A DNA stretch of 64,000 nucleotides from Eledone cirrhosa (taxonomy: Eukaryota), in the NCBI GenBank assembly GCA_964016885.1, contig OZ024740.1, forward strand, positions 211,606,001-211,670,000. The letters run 5' to 3'. Positions 26,601 through 42,837 of the stretch are shown here, piece after piece. A program made the position numbers and the translations under genes. The stretch's first letter is position 1, and each line of letters opens with the position of its first letter. Under the pieces are notes generated by a model that worked only from the letters and a program-made list of their open reading frames with translations, had not been told where the DNA came from and ran no database searches.

Positions 26601-29600
26601 ATGTATTACACATACATACACACGTATGTATTACACATACATACATATGTATTACACATACATACACACATATGTATTACACATACATACACATATGTGT
26701 ATTACACATACATACACATGTATGTATTACACATACATACATAGGTATTACACATACATACAGACATATGTATTACACATATATACACATATGTGTATTA
26801 CACATACATACACACATATGTATTACACATACATACACACATGTGTATTACACATACATACACACATATGTATTACACATACATACACACATGTATTACA
26901 CATACATACACACGTATGTATTACACATACATACACCTATGTGTATTACACATACATACACGTGTATGTATTACAATACATACACCCATATGTATTACAC
27001 ATACATACACACATATGTATTACACATACATACACACATGTATTACACATACATACACATGTATGTATTACACATACATACACACATATGTATTACACAT
27101 ACATACACATATGTCTATTACACATACATACACATACATGTATTACACATACATACACACATATGTATTACACATACATACACATATGTGTATTACACAT
27201 ACATACACACATATGTATTACAATACATACACATATGTGTATTACACATACACACATATGTATTACACATACATACACACATATGTATTACACATACATA
27301 CACACATATGTATTACACATACATACACACATATGTATTACATATACATACACACGTATGTATTACACATACATACACACATATGTATTACACATACATA
27401 CACATATATGTATTACACATACATACACACATATGTATTACACATACATACACATGTATGTATTACACATACATACACACATATGTATTACACATACATA
27501 CACATGTGTATTACACATCCATACACACATGTATTACACATACATACACATATATGTATTACACATACATACACACATATGTATTACACATACATACACA
27601 TATGTGTATTACACATACATACACATGTATGTATTACACATACATACACATGTATGTATTACACATACATACACATATGTGTATTACACATACATACACA
27701 CATATGTATTACACATACATACACATATATGTATTACACATACATACACACATATGTATTACACATAGATACACATATGTGTATTACACATACATACACA
27801 TATGTGTATTACACATACATACACACGTATGTATTACACATACATACACACGTATGTATTACAGATACATACACACATATGTATTACACATACATACACA
27901 TATGTGTATTACACATACATACACACATATGTATTACACATACATACACACGTATGTATTACACATACATACAAACATATGTATTACACATACATACATA
28001 TATGTGTATTACACATACATACACATGTATGTATTACACATACATACACACATATGTATTACACATACATACACATATATGTATTACACATACATACACA
28101 CATATATATTTACACATACATACACATATGTGTATTACACATACATACACACATATGTATTACACATACATACACATATGTGTATTACACATACATACAC
28201 ACATATGTATTACACATACATACACACATATGTAGTACACATACATACACACATGTGTATTACACATACATACACACATATGTATTACACATACATACAC
28301 ACATATGTATTACACATACATACACACGTATGTATTACACATACATACACATATGTGTATTACACATACATACACATGTATGTATTACACATACATACAC
28401 ACATGTGTATTACACATACATACACATATACGTATTACACATACATACACACAGATGTATTACACATACATACACATATGTGTATTACACATACATACAC
28501 ATATGTGTATTACACATACATACACATGTATGTATTACACATACATACACATGTATGTATTACACATACATACACATGTATGTATTACACATACATACAC
28601 ACATATGTATTACACATACATACACATATATGTATTACACATACATACACACATGTATTACACATACATACACACATATGTATTACACATACATACACAT
28701 GTATGTATTACACATAGATACACACATATGTATTACACATACATACACATATGTGTATTACACATCCATACACACATATGTATTACACATACATCCACAT
28801 ATATATATTACACATACATACACACATATGTATTACACATACATACACATATGTGTATTACACATACATACACACATATGTATTACACATACATACACAC
28901 ATATGTATTACACATACATACACACATATGTATTACACATACATAAACACATGTGTATTACACATACATACACACATATGTATTACACATACATACACAC
29001 ATATGTATTACACATACATACACACGTATGTATTACACATACATACACATATGTGTATTACACATACATACACATGTATGTATTACACATACATACACAC
29101 ATATGTATTACACATACATACACATATATCTATTACACATACATACACACATATGTATTACACATACATACACATACATGTATTACACATACATACACAC
29201 ATATGTATTACACATACATACACACATATGTATTACACATACATACACACATGTGTATTACACATACATAGACATCCATACACACATATGTATTACACAT
29301 ACATACACATATATGTATTACACATACATACACACATATGTGTTACACATACATACACACATATGTATTACACATACATACACATATGTGTATTACACAT
29401 ACATACACATGTATGTATTACACATCCATACACATGTATGTATTACACATACATACACACATATGTATTACACATACATACACACATATGTATTACACAT
29501 ACATACACACATATGTATTACACATACATACACATATGTATTACACATACATACATACATACACATGTATGTATTACACATACATACACACATATGTATT

Positions 29601-29862
29601 ACACATACATACACATGTATGTATTACACATACATACACACGTATGTATTACACATACATACACATATGTGTATTACACATACATACACACATATGTATT
29701 ACACATACATACACACATGTGTATTACACATACATACACACATATCTATTACACATACATACACACATGTGTATTACACATACACACACACATATGTATT
29801 ACACATACATACACATGTATGTGTATTACACATACATACACATGTATGTATTACACATACAC
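23621..29862. repeat. ~25-bp satellite (tattacacatacatacacacatatg), ~6.2 kb, roughly 250 units
   Basis: Directly visible; short unique interruption ~23945-24035. Confidence 0.97.
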
Positions 29863-29975
29863 AGTAATTCATCTTGGTACTTTAATATATATGAATATAT
29901 TTATAAAGATACAAGTTATGTAAAGCACACGATATACTTACGTACGTAAATGTGTGTGCGTGTAGGTATGCATGT

Positions 29976-30013
<38 letters not shown>

Positions 30014-30284
30014 GGGATAACAGATTATTGTTATAGGTAGTCCCCTTAGGTGTAGTCCAGTTAGGGTACTCCGAGTAGTGGATGGTATCAACGCTAGGCT
30101 AAGTTTAACTCAACAAGGTGTTTCCATAGTGATGCTGCGAGTACACGGTGATTTCTATGTTGTTAACACTTGGAGTAATGATAAATCAGGAAAACTTAGC
30201 CTAGCGTTGATACCATCCACTACTCGGAGTACCCTAACTGGACTACACCTAAGGGGACTACCTATAACAATAATCTGTTATCCC

Positions 30285-30348
<64 letters not shown>

Positions 30349-30505
30349 GCATACCTACACGCACACACATTTACGTACGTAAGTATATCGTGTGCTTTAC
30401 ATAACTTGTATCTTTATAAATATATTCATATATATTAAAGTACCAAGATGAATTACTGTGTATGTGTAATACATACATGTGTATGTATGTGTAATACACA
30501 TACAT
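29815..30505. repeat. Long inverted duplication (arms 29815-30106 / 30192-30505)
   Basis: Arms near-identical apart from (TA)n length; 85-bp spacer. Confidence 0.92.
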
Positions 30506-30554
30506 ACACATACAAAAACCTTTTTTGTATAGCAAACTGTGTCACTCTTCTTTC

Positions 30555-30617
<63 letters not shown>

Positions 30618-30620
30618 TAT

Positions 30621-32278
30621 ATTCTTTATTTGCCGCAAGGGCGCAGAAAGATGGGGACAAATACTGAGTGGGGAGTTTACATACATGCGTGTAAAAAAAT
30701 AAGATAGATAGATAGATAGGTCGGTAGATAGCTAGCTAGACAGACAGATAGATAGATAGATACATTTCTTTATTAGCCATAGGGGCACAAAAGAAGGGGA
30801 CAAATACAAATGGGGAGTTTACATACAGGTATATGAAAATAAAACTATTAATAAAATAACAAATGACAATTGAAATCCTCAATAGGGGGAGGTGTTACAC
30901 AAGGGTTGAACACACCCCAATAGATAGATAGATATGTTTCTTTATTAGCCACAGGGGCACAAAAGAAGGGGACAAATACAAAGGGGGAAGTTTACATACA
31001 ATAAAAACGTGTAAAATACTATCACAAATGCAGTTTAAAAATTAATCGATTTTCCCCAATAGGAGGAGACATTTCATACGCCCGAAAAAATGTGCAACCC
31101 TCATCTCCAGGAGTACGAAGAGTTTGTACCCCTTTCCTCTCTTCCTCTTTTCCCTCAAACCTACAGGCTGGCCATTCTCGCCACTTTCACCCACCTTTCA
31201 TAAATAGATAAATTTCTTTATTAGCCACAAGGGCACAAAAGAAGGGGACAAATACAAATGGGGAGTTTACATACAGGTATATGAAAATAAAACTATTAAT
31301 AAAATAACAAATAACAATTGAAATCCCCAATAGGGGGAGGTGTTACACAAGGGTTGAACACACCCCGAAAAAATGTACAGGAGCACCAACAGTGAGTACT
31401 CCCTTCCTCTCTTCCTCTTTTTCCTCAACCTACAGGCTTATATAGACAGAAGGCCCAACCACTCGGCCATCTTTGCCACATTCACCCACCTTTTATAAAA
31501 TGTGCTGGGGTACAGCACCTCTCTCTCCATCCTGATTCTTCTTCAAAAATGATATTTGAAAAAAACGAATCAGTTGCTCGCCGGAGAGAAAGGTATCTGA
31601 CCTCAGCCCTTTTAACCTCGTCCACCATATAACCTCTTTCACCATAGCCATAACACATAGGGAAACCGCCTCTCCCTCGTTTTTGAAGGAGGGTGGCGGT
31701 TTGATCATGTCAATGGACTCGGTGGTCAACTGGATTGGTCCCACCCGCGACAGAAGTCGTTCTACATAGCCCCACAGGTCGGTAACGCCCGGGCAGTGTA
31801 CAAATGCGTGCGCGACGGTTTCCTCGTCGCGCACGCATCTCGGACAGATCTTTTTCGAAGGGCGCCCGTGTCTGTAGAGCTTGTCTCGAACTGGTAGAGC
31901 TCCTCGGTAGCACTGCCAGGCCAGGGACTTTTGGAAGTTGTCCATTGGTCGCGGGCGGAAGGTCCTACCGAACAGACTGGCCAGTTCGTCCTCCTCTACG
32001 CCTAGAGTTTCTCCGAGCGTGTCGTCGCACTTGCTGCGGACCAACCCTCTATAGAATGTCGAAGTGGAGTCTCCACTGATCGCCGGGTCCGTTTGCCAGA
32101 GGTCTGTGAGCGCCTGAACACATTCGATGTGCCAGTCGCCCATTTTCCTCGGTCTTTGCTTGACCCAGGACTGCAGCTCGGTCAGCGAGACGAGTTGTGG
32201 GCAGGCTCGCCTCACGAACGGGGCCCACACCGGTTGTCTGGTGAGGAATACGTGAAGATGCCGCAGCCTGAGCGCAGA
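30621..32278 (-). mobile_element. Stack of four 5'-truncated Tx1/L1-clade LINE 3' ends
   Basis: 3' end ttctttattagccac..gggcacaaaagaaggggacaaatac repeated near 30621, 30765, 30937, 31213; ORF 31493-32230 with zf-RVT CPRC..EETVAHAFVHC. Confidence 0.88.
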
Positions 32279-32396
32279 TAGATAGATAGATATTCATATA
32301 AGTGTACATATGGAAAAGAAACAGTTGATTTCATCTATAGTTTTTTTAACTTTCTCTTTTAATCTTTTTTTTTCTATCTTACAGTCTCCTTCACGA

Positions 32397-32587
32397 ATAC
32401 TTTGTTATAATATGTTATAATATACTTTGTTGTAATATGTTATAGTATACTTCGTTATATGTTATCATATAATATGTTATATGCTATAAATATACTTCGT
32501 TATAATATGTTATAATATACTTTGTTATAATATGTTATCATATACTTCGTTATAATATGTTATATAATATACTTAGTTATATGTTAA
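32397..32587. repeat. ~25-bp AT-rich minisatellite (atactttgttataatatgttataat), ~7 copies
   Basis: Directly visible. Confidence 0.8.
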
Positions 32588-33248
32588 CGACTGGAGACTG
32601 AAGACTAGTTATGTGTAGTGAAAAATAATTTAATTCAAAATAAATAAAACCGCTTAGAAACAGACGTATGAATAATTTAACCGCTTTGGCAAAATTACTT
32701 GTTGCCTACTAATCGAACAGCTTGCTTATCTATCGATAGAAATTTACCCGCCTATATTCTTTATAGTATCTAGTTTTATGAGAACGAGCAGTTATTGCTG
32801 GTTGGTAGAATCAATCATGTGAGGGCTTTCCTTTAAAAGAGTGGAAATAGCTTAGGAGGATGAATGAGGTATATTCTTGTTGAAGTTGCGTGGGTTGATG
32901 CAACAATACAGACAAAAGCTAGCTATTGTACAATACTTGTATAAGAGACAATAGGAAACGAGTTAAGTCATAATAGAGTGGGTGTAAATATGAAAGAATA
33001 ACCTGAATATTATAAGTATATGTTTGCTACTGCATAAATTTCTCCTATCTTGCCACTTTCCTCGGATAAAATTTGTCCCATTTTTCCATTCATAGTTCTA
33101 ATTAATTATGTGTATAGTGGCCAATATTGTAGGGAAGTCCTACCATAGTTATCGATCAAGAGAAATGAAAGAGAGAAGAAGAAAAAAACACGAGGAAATC
33201 CCAACTGTAAGACCACTTCAACAGATGTGATTTCTCGTCCACTGTTAT

Positions 33249-33361
<113 letters not shown>

Positions 33362-33491
33362 TAGATATATAGATAGATACATATGTATATACAGAAAAAT
33401 GTACAGAAAAATGTATACATACATGCATACGTACATACAAACATATATATATATATATATATATATAGTAGTTTGTTGGATTTTGAAAATG

Positions 33492-33522
<31 letters not shown>

Positions 33523-33672
33523 TATAAACATGTATATACACATACATATATACATGTGTGTATATATATATAAACATATTTATACATATAAATATACACA
33601 TATGTATATATATATATATTATATATATATATATATACATACATACATATATATATATGTATATATTTACAT

Positions 33673-33717
<45 letters not shown>

Positions 33718-33921
33718 CAGATATATATATGTTCATATATATATATATATTTCATATATATATATGTTCATATATATATATATACATGCATATATATATA
33801 CATATATACATGCATATATATATATACATATATACATGTATACATACATACACACGCATATATAATATAGATATAGATATACACATGTATTTATATATAT
33901 ATATACATGTATATATAAATA

Positions 33922-33988
<67 letters not shown>

Positions 33989-34090
33989 GTTATATATGCA
34001 TTATATGTAAGTGTATATATATTTACAATCCCCCAGGAGCTTCAATAATTCATTATATATACATGTGTATGTATGTGTGCATATATATAT

Positions 34091-34188
34091 GTTTTTTAAG
34101 CTTCATATCATGTCTCCCTATTTTATCTGATGAGTACGCAGATATCACATGATGATATTTGTTTTAACCATCTTTTGATCTTATATTA
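34091..34188 (+). mobile_element. Internally deleted family A copy
   Basis: Retains tattttat CTGATGA (34127) but the GAAA half is deleted. Confidence 0.7.
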
Positions 34189-34197
34189 TATATATAT

Positions 34198-34432
34198 ATC
34201 AAGTAAGTATGGTTTGAAACAGTGAGCGAGTTTGAAATTAGAAAATATATAGCTTTCACCGTATTTTTGACTAAAGGAATTTTAGCTTGATAACGGGGTT
34301 TAGAACCCTCAGATAAATGGAAAAAGATGAGTATTGACGTACGTCAATACTCATCTTTTTCCATTTATCTGAGGGTTCTAAACCCCGTTATCAAGCTAAA
34401 ATTCCTTTAGTCAAAAATACGGTGAAAGCTAT

Positions 34433-34445
<13 letters not shown>
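34198..34445. mobile_element. Family C palindromic element in (TA)n
   Basis: Loopless palindrome centred on ttgacgtacgtcaa (~34341), ~104-bp arms. Confidence 0.85.
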
Positions 34446-34491
<46 letters not shown>

Positions 34492-34496
<5 letters not shown>

Positions 34497-34721
34497 GTAG
34501 AACACTGGAAGGTAATATCTGTAGTGGTAGAGCACTCAGTCCATGGGACGAATTAGATAGAAGTGGTTACACAACAGTTAGTTCACCATACCGAGAACAA
34601 TTGTTTCACCTTATGTTCTCGGTATGGTTAACTAACTGTTGTGTAACCACTTCTACCTAACTCGTCCCATGGACTGAGTGCTCTACCACTACAGATATTA
34701 CCTTCCAGTGTTCTACCACTA
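34492..34721. mobile_element. Palindromic element in (TA)n with HHR 3' half at its centre
   Basis: Arms 34492-34599 / 34614-34721; minus strand reads GAAA CAATTG TT at the junction. Confidence 0.8.
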
Positions 34722-34758
34722 TATATATATATATATATACACACACCCACACACACAC

Positions 34759-34878
<120 letters not shown>

Positions 34879-34916
34879 ATTAAATAAATGGAAAACTATA
34901 TTTATAAAACCATATT

Positions 34917-34982
34917 TATTTCATTATATATATTTCGGGGATATCATATTAACAATATGCTATGCCTTCATCAGACAAAATA
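34917..34982 (-). ncRNA. Type I hammerhead, family B
   Basis: Mirror of 35160-35225. Confidence 0.8.
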
Positions 34983-35159
34983 TAATATAAACAGTTTTAT
35001 AGATAAATATAGATAAATATAGATAAATATATTCGACATACCGTAATAAACATCAACTTCATTTGAAGAGGTTCACTCTAGCAGAGTGAACCTCTTCAAA
35101 TGAAGTTGATGTTTATTACGGTATGTCGAATATATTTATCTATAAAACTGTTTATATTA

Positions 35160-35225
35160 TATTTTGTCTGATGAAGGCATAGCATATTGTTAATATGATA
35201 TCCCCGAAATATATATAATGAAATA
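35160..35225 (+). ncRNA. Type I hammerhead, family B
   Basis: tattttgt CTGATGA ... GAAA TATATA TA atgaaata. Confidence 0.83.
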
Positions 35226-35353
35226 AATATGGTTTTATAAATATAGTTTTCCATTTATTTAATATTGTAAATATACTCCAAGTATTTGTCGAGTGCTTTT
35301 ATATCAGTTATAAATATTTACTAGTTGTAACCCAACAATTTTAAATATAACTT

Positions 35354-35445
<92 letters not shown>

Positions 35446-35758
35446 GAATTATTGAAGCCCCTGGGTGATTTTAAATTTAAAAAAAATTTGGAAATCCCAA
35501 CGCAAAAAAAATAACTGGGATAACAGTCGAATGGTATACATAATAGGTTAGAAAGTCGGGTAAAATACCCCCGAGTGATGGAAAAAGTGGCTAACACGTG
35601 AGACCGCACAGCTCGTAATTACACGGGCCTGAGTTCAGTCCCTCTGTGTGGAAACTTAGGCTGGGGTTTTATATTATAGTCACGGATTGAGCAATTCCTT
35701 CTCAGTTGAGTTTGGTAGACGGAAAAGTGTGTGGAATTCCGTACACCCTCCCCGCTCC

Positions 35759-35824
<66 letters not shown>

Positions 35825-35975
35825 CCAGGGTTCAATCGAGGATAAACAGTTAGTAAGGTACTCAATACATTAGTAGAGTGTAAACATTATGTTTAATATA
35901 GAAATGGCTCTAACAGGACAAGAACTGTTTAACTCAAAAGAAACATCAGGAAATCCGACTGTTCTTGTAAAACTG

Positions 35976-36476
<501 letters not shown>

Positions 36477-36580
36477 AGTATGTATACGTACATACATATA
36501 TGTATGCAGACGTACAGTAGTATGTATACATATATACATACATGCACACATATATATATGTACGTATGGCAGGAAGGTAT

Positions 36581-36623
36581 ACGTTGCTGACGATAGCTAA
36601 TAAGCTTGAAACTAGTACAGCGT
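36581..36623 (+). ncRNA. Minimal type I hammerhead between ~95-bp inverted repeats (36474-36569 / 36736-36832)
   Basis: acgttg CTGACGA t agct aata agct t GAAA CTAG TA cagcgt. Confidence 0.85.
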
Positions 36624-36888
36624 TCCTTTGTCAGTATTGAACAAATGAGCAACGATGGTTGCTAGACACTCTACGGCTTAATACGGGATGTTTGTTTACA
36701 AACACACCGAGCATTATAATAAATGTTCGGTGAATCCATACGTACATATATATATGTGTGCATGTATGTATATATATATATACATACTACTGTACGTCTG
36801 TATACATATATGTATGTACGTATACATACTTATATTTAAGTAACAGCCGTACTAAGAGTGAGAAATGAAATTTCGTTTCAATTTTTCC

Positions 36889-36922
<34 letters not shown>

Positions 36923-36963
36923 GTGTGTGTGTATATATATATATGTATATATATATATGTATA

Positions 36964-37045
<82 letters not shown>

Positions 37046-37225
37046 TGTATATATATATAGAGAGAGATATATATATATATAGATATAGATATATATGTAT
37101 GTATGTATATTTATATATGTATGTATGCATGTATGTATATTTATATATGTATGTATGCATGTATGTATATTTATATGTATGTATGTATGTGAGTATGTGT
37201 GTGTATGTATGTATATATGTGTGTA

Positions 37226-37260
<35 letters not shown>

Positions 37261-37693
37261 ATATGTGTGTATGTGAGTGTGTATATATGTGTGTGTATGC
37301 CTGTTTGTATTTACGTTTGTGTATTTTTTATGTCCCGTGACTTAAAGGTTTCGCCAAAAAAACAAAGCGATCGATAAAATAAAAAGCTAGAGTTGAAAAC
37401 ATGAGTATTATAGTTGAAGTGCTTCACATGATCAACTGAATCAAGGTGGTACTTCAGCATGGCCGCAGTCATAATGGCTGACAACCAGTAAAAAACAAAA
37501 TATATACACAATACATACATGTCATATATATACACCTAATACATACATACACATATATATACATACATGCATACATACATACATACATACATACATACAT
37601 ACATACATACATACATACATACATACATACATACATACATACATACATACTTATAGACATACATACATATATATATATATACATACATATACA

Positions 37694-37787
<94 letters not shown>

Positions 37788-37822
37788 TTATATATATATA
37801 TATTTATATACATACATATACA

Positions 37823-37873
<51 letters not shown>

Positions 37874-37908
37874 TATATATATATATATTTATATACATAC
37901 ATATACAG

Positions 37909-38011
<103 letters not shown>

Positions 38012-38143
38012 ATGTAGAAATTCTATTTAAATTGTTGGGATACAACAAGCAAATATTTTTATAACTGATATAAAGCACTCAACAAATCATTGGAGTAAAA
38101 ATACGATATTAACAAATGGAAACTATATTTATAAAACCATATT

Positions 38144-38208
38144 TATTTCATTATACATATTTCAAGGACACCAAGTTAAATTATGGTGTGCTTTCTTCAG
38201 ATAAAATA
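38144..38208 (-). ncRNA. Type I hammerhead in solo family B copy (~38015-38265)
   Basis: tattttat CTGAAGA aagcacacca..tggtgtcctt GAAA TATGTA TA atgaaata. Confidence 0.83.
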
Positions 38209-38311
38209 TAATATAGAGCAGTTTTATAAATAAATATTGACATACCCTTAAAGAATGCGACTATTACTATATATATATATAATATATTATATAAATAAAT
38301 ATATATAATAT

Positions 38312-38421
<110 letters not shown>

Positions 38422-38514
38422 TAAACGGAATAGAAAATGGTGATAAATTGTTCACAGTGAAAAATAGTTTAATTAGGAATAAATGAGAATTAGTATTTGT
38501 ATTGGTTAGTAATC

Positions 38515-38555
<41 letters not shown>

Positions 38556-39474
38556 TAACAATTTATTTATAGGGAATACATCAGCCATGTAACAGTGACG
38601 TGATTTCTGACCAGACGATAAAAGCTAAGATAAAAGCCAGAAAAATAAAGTTCGGTTGTTGAGTTTCTATGAAGGTTTTTCATATATTTCTAATATAACG
38701 GAGAAATACGGCTGACATAGTTTTGTTGGTTGTATTATAAATGATATGAAATAAATATTAGGTTATTTGAGGAATTCCAGCAGGCTAACGAGCTTTGAGA
38801 ATATCAAGTGGCCGATGACGTCATACAACATAAATGGGATGGTATTCCAAATATACATCTCTTTCCTTCTACTTCCAAATATTATTTACCTCTTACCCGG
38901 CTCTTCCGTTAGCTTTTTCATTCTCTACCTTTTACCTTCTTTCTGGGTTTTTTTTCATACTAATATACTATTTCTTTCTTTCTTTCTCTCTTTGTTTCTT
39001 TCTTCCTCTCGTTCTTTCTCTATCTCTTTGTTGCTTTCTTTCTCTAATTCTTCTCTCACTGTCTCTTCTTTCTTTTTCTCTCTTTTGTTTCTCTTTCTTT
39101 TTCTCATTCTCTCTCTCTCTCTCTCTCTCACTCTCTTTCTTTCTTTCTCTCCCTCTTTTTTTTTCTCATTCTCTCTCTCTCTCATACACACACACACACA
39201 CTCTCTCTCTTTCTCTCTCTCAAACACACACATACACTCTCTCTCAAACACACACACACACACACTCACTCTCTCTCTCTCTTTCTCTCTCTCTCACACA
39301 CACTCTTTCTCTTTCTCTCAAACACACACTCTCTCTCTCTCACACACATTTTCTCTGTCTCTCTCTCAATCACCTTTCCTAGTTATCCTCCATAAAACAT
39401 GTTAATAATAAACTTTTACTGTCTACATTGTATAAAAAGAAATTCTAATTCTTCAGCCCACGTAAAAGAAAGAG

Positions 39475-39575
<101 letters not shown>

Positions 39576-40225
39576 AAGAAAGAAGTAAAACAAAAAGAAA
39601 AGAAGTCTAATATAACGAAGAAAATAAAAAAAACAATGCTAGGGAAAAGAATAAAAGAAAATAAAAGAAAACATTCAGATTTAAAACCAAACTCTTTAAA
39701 ATACTGTGGGGAAAAGAAGGAGGAGAAAATTGGTTTAAAATCAGAAAGAAATGACCATGAATTGTGTGGGAGTATTGCTTTCGAGAATTCGGGGGAAACG
39801 GTAAGATGAAAATGACGTCATTGTTAGGGAAATTTCCACAGGTTAAATGACCTTGGATATTTTCTATGTCTTTCTATTTAATCGATTACATGACCTTAAA
39901 CCTACTGTAAAATATTTCAATTTTATTAAAGAATCTGGTTTTGTGTTATTATTTACCATCGTCATACATCGTCATACATCGTATATAGAACGTTCTTGCA
40001 TTTTCTTTCTATTAAATTTTGTTTTGATATAATATAGTAAATATAATATATAATATAAAATAATATAATATAATATAATATACATATATATATATATATA
40101 ATATAAAATAATATAATTGTTTCTACTTTTGGCACAAGGCCAGCAATTTCCCAGTGCATTACTGGTACTTTATTTTATCGACCCCGTAAGGATGAAAGGC
40201 AAAGTTAACCTCGGCGGGATATAAT

Positions 40226-40296
<71 letters not shown>

Positions 40297-40338
40297 CAAT
40301 ATAATAATACACATACATATATATATATACATCATACA

Positions 40339-40387
<49 letters not shown>

Positions 40388-40628
40388 GATACTTCCACTC
40401 TTTTTAAATTATATTTCATATCAAATAGTAAATATTCTACATACCATTACCATTCCCATTATCCTACAGTAAATATCTATTACAAAATAGGAAATTATTT
40501 TTCCATTTCAAATATCTTTCTAGAATATGTTTGAATATACATTTTTTAATTTATCATATATATAATGAAGACATAACAAATCGTCCATTTTATTATTATT
40601 ATTATATATATATATATGTATATGAATA

Positions 40629-40663
<35 letters not shown>

Positions 40664-40718
40664 TGTATGTATGTATGTATGTATGTATGTATGTATGTAT
40701 GTATGTATGTATGTATAT

Positions 40719-41328
40719 GTCAGGTCACCAGTTGGTGCTACTGGTAACATGTATCCCAGTACAACCTGTCTCATGGTCGGGTCATTGGCGACTAAACTGG
40801 CAACCCCACCAAGGTTTCTTGGTGAGGAGGGTGACTTTGGACATCCTGCAGGACTAAAAACAAAACCTGTCAAAGAGCAAAGGAGCTCTTAAGAGTCAAT
40901 GGCCATCCAAAATCACCGGGAGAGATGACCCCTTAGCCTTTGTCAAGGCAGAATTCTAGGAGAAGGAAAACTCTGATATAACACCTGCAACTCTGATGGT
41001 ATCCTATGATGTTGACTTGTTCTTCTTTTTGGTAAATATCATCTTGGTTAAGAGAGTGGGACTGGCTTTGTGCAGTGCCTTTGCTCACTATAAAAGCTTC
41101 ACGGCACAGGCAATGCTTTATATCTGGAGATCTCTCTGCACTTGTCGTCACATGGTACCATGGGCCCAGCACTATGTGTCAATAATTGTCACAAGTGTAG
41201 TGTTTGTACCAGAGTTTTCAAGTCGCTGGCTGGACTAAAAAATCACACTCGTTCAGTGCATCAGTAGGGGTTCTCCTACATGGATATAAAGTAGTGGCCA
41301 TACTCGAAAACGAGTTGGCAGCCACCAT
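40719..41328 (+). mobile_element. ~610-bp non-autonomous RTE derivative in (ATGT)n
   Basis: RTE 5'UTR-like ggagaaggaaaactctg plus 3' C2H2 remnant and ctcgaaaacgag hairpin; near-identical to 44763-45370. Confidence 0.75.
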
Positions 41329-41488
41329 GTATGTATATATATATATGTATGTATGTATATATATATATATATCATCATCTTCGTTTAACGTCCATTTTCC
41401 ATGCTAGCATGGGTTATATATATATATAATGTATATTATTGTTTGTTTAATGTATAGCCATTAATTATGACAGTACTAAAAATAAATT

Positions 41489-41546
<58 letters not shown>

Positions 41547-42535
41547 ATGTATTATTATCATCACAAAATCCCAAGTAGTACATTCAACTAATTCTATCTT
41601 TCATAGTAGTTTCATTAAACTAATTATATAATTAGTAACAACATTCTCTAATTACAAGTTGTATGTATTTATATTAATTTTATATTTAATTAATTTGAAA
41701 ATTAGACGAAGAAGAAGAAGATTAATTTAATATAGAAATAAAAGCTTCACTGTAACATTGACTTCACAATATAGTCTAATAATGGGGCATATAAACTACT
41801 GAATGGAAAAAGATGCCACAAGTAACACTGTATGCCACTATGGTGCCCTTACAACTCCATTAGGATTTACTGGACATTACCACACCAAAGCAGAAGATCT
41901 CAATGACTTCGGCACCTCCTAACAGTATTGCTCCCGCTAGTGGTGCCAACCAATATTGATGCTATCAGAGAATGTCCAGGCTTTAATCTCTGCTCTGTAG
42001 AACAGTTTTCCTCATTATCCATGACACTCCAGCCCCTTATGTCTCTTTTCAGCCATTATGATGTTTACATATTGCTGAGGGTTTGCTCTCAGCTTTCATC
42101 ATTCGCCTTTTACTTAAAGTATTTTGCTATATCCATAATAAAGTATCTGGCACCACAATAAAAGCACCTAGTCCATCCTGTAAGGTGATTGTGATGTTGA
42201 AAGAAAAAAAACCACCCAGTCTACACTATAAAGCGGTCATGCTGGTGACAGGACAAAAAGTGCCTAATCCACACTGCAAAGTGATCATGTTGGTGATATG
42301 ACAAAAATCACCTAGTTCACCCTGTAAGGTGTTTTTTTGGTAACTTAACATATGGATGGTCCTGATATAAAATTATGTTGGAAGATTATAATTTAAATAG
42401 TAGCCCCTTTAAAATGGATGGTTTTGTCATAGAACCAGAACCGGTTTTGGCAATGTTGGTATTAAAAAAAGTCAGTAAAATACATTAAAAAAATCATATA
42501 TTAAACATTCTGTTAAATACAGATCAACATAAATA

Positions 42536-42837
42536 CGAGGGTCGGCTAAAATGTTCATAGCCTGGCCAACATTCTTATCAAGAAAAATACAATGCAGCTA
42601 TCAATAAGAAGACATGAAATTAATGTGTGCAAGATTTCACAGCTCTAGTATCATTACTTCATATGCTGACCAAGATATTCTCATGGAATGAGCAAATGAG
42701 GTTTACTTTTCAACATAGTCCCTGGAAAGAAACAATGCAGTTGTTAATACGAAGATATGGAATTATTGTATGCAAGATTTCACAGCTCTAGCATCACCCC
42801 TTTATAGCCAGGCTATGAACTTTTCAGCCCACTTTCG
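42536..42837. mobile_element. Mariner-type MITE
   Basis: TA|cgagggtcggctaaaatgttcatagcctggc ... gccaggctatgaacttttcagcccactttcg|TA; internal direct repeat. Confidence 0.8.

Noticed and set aside
23625-29949. Long His/Tyr/Thr/Ile ORFs up to 931 aa
   Set aside because: Stop-poor 25-bp satellite, open in all three frames
35900-35960. Possible minus-strand HHR (CTGATGT...TAAA)
   Set aside because: Both core segments are defective
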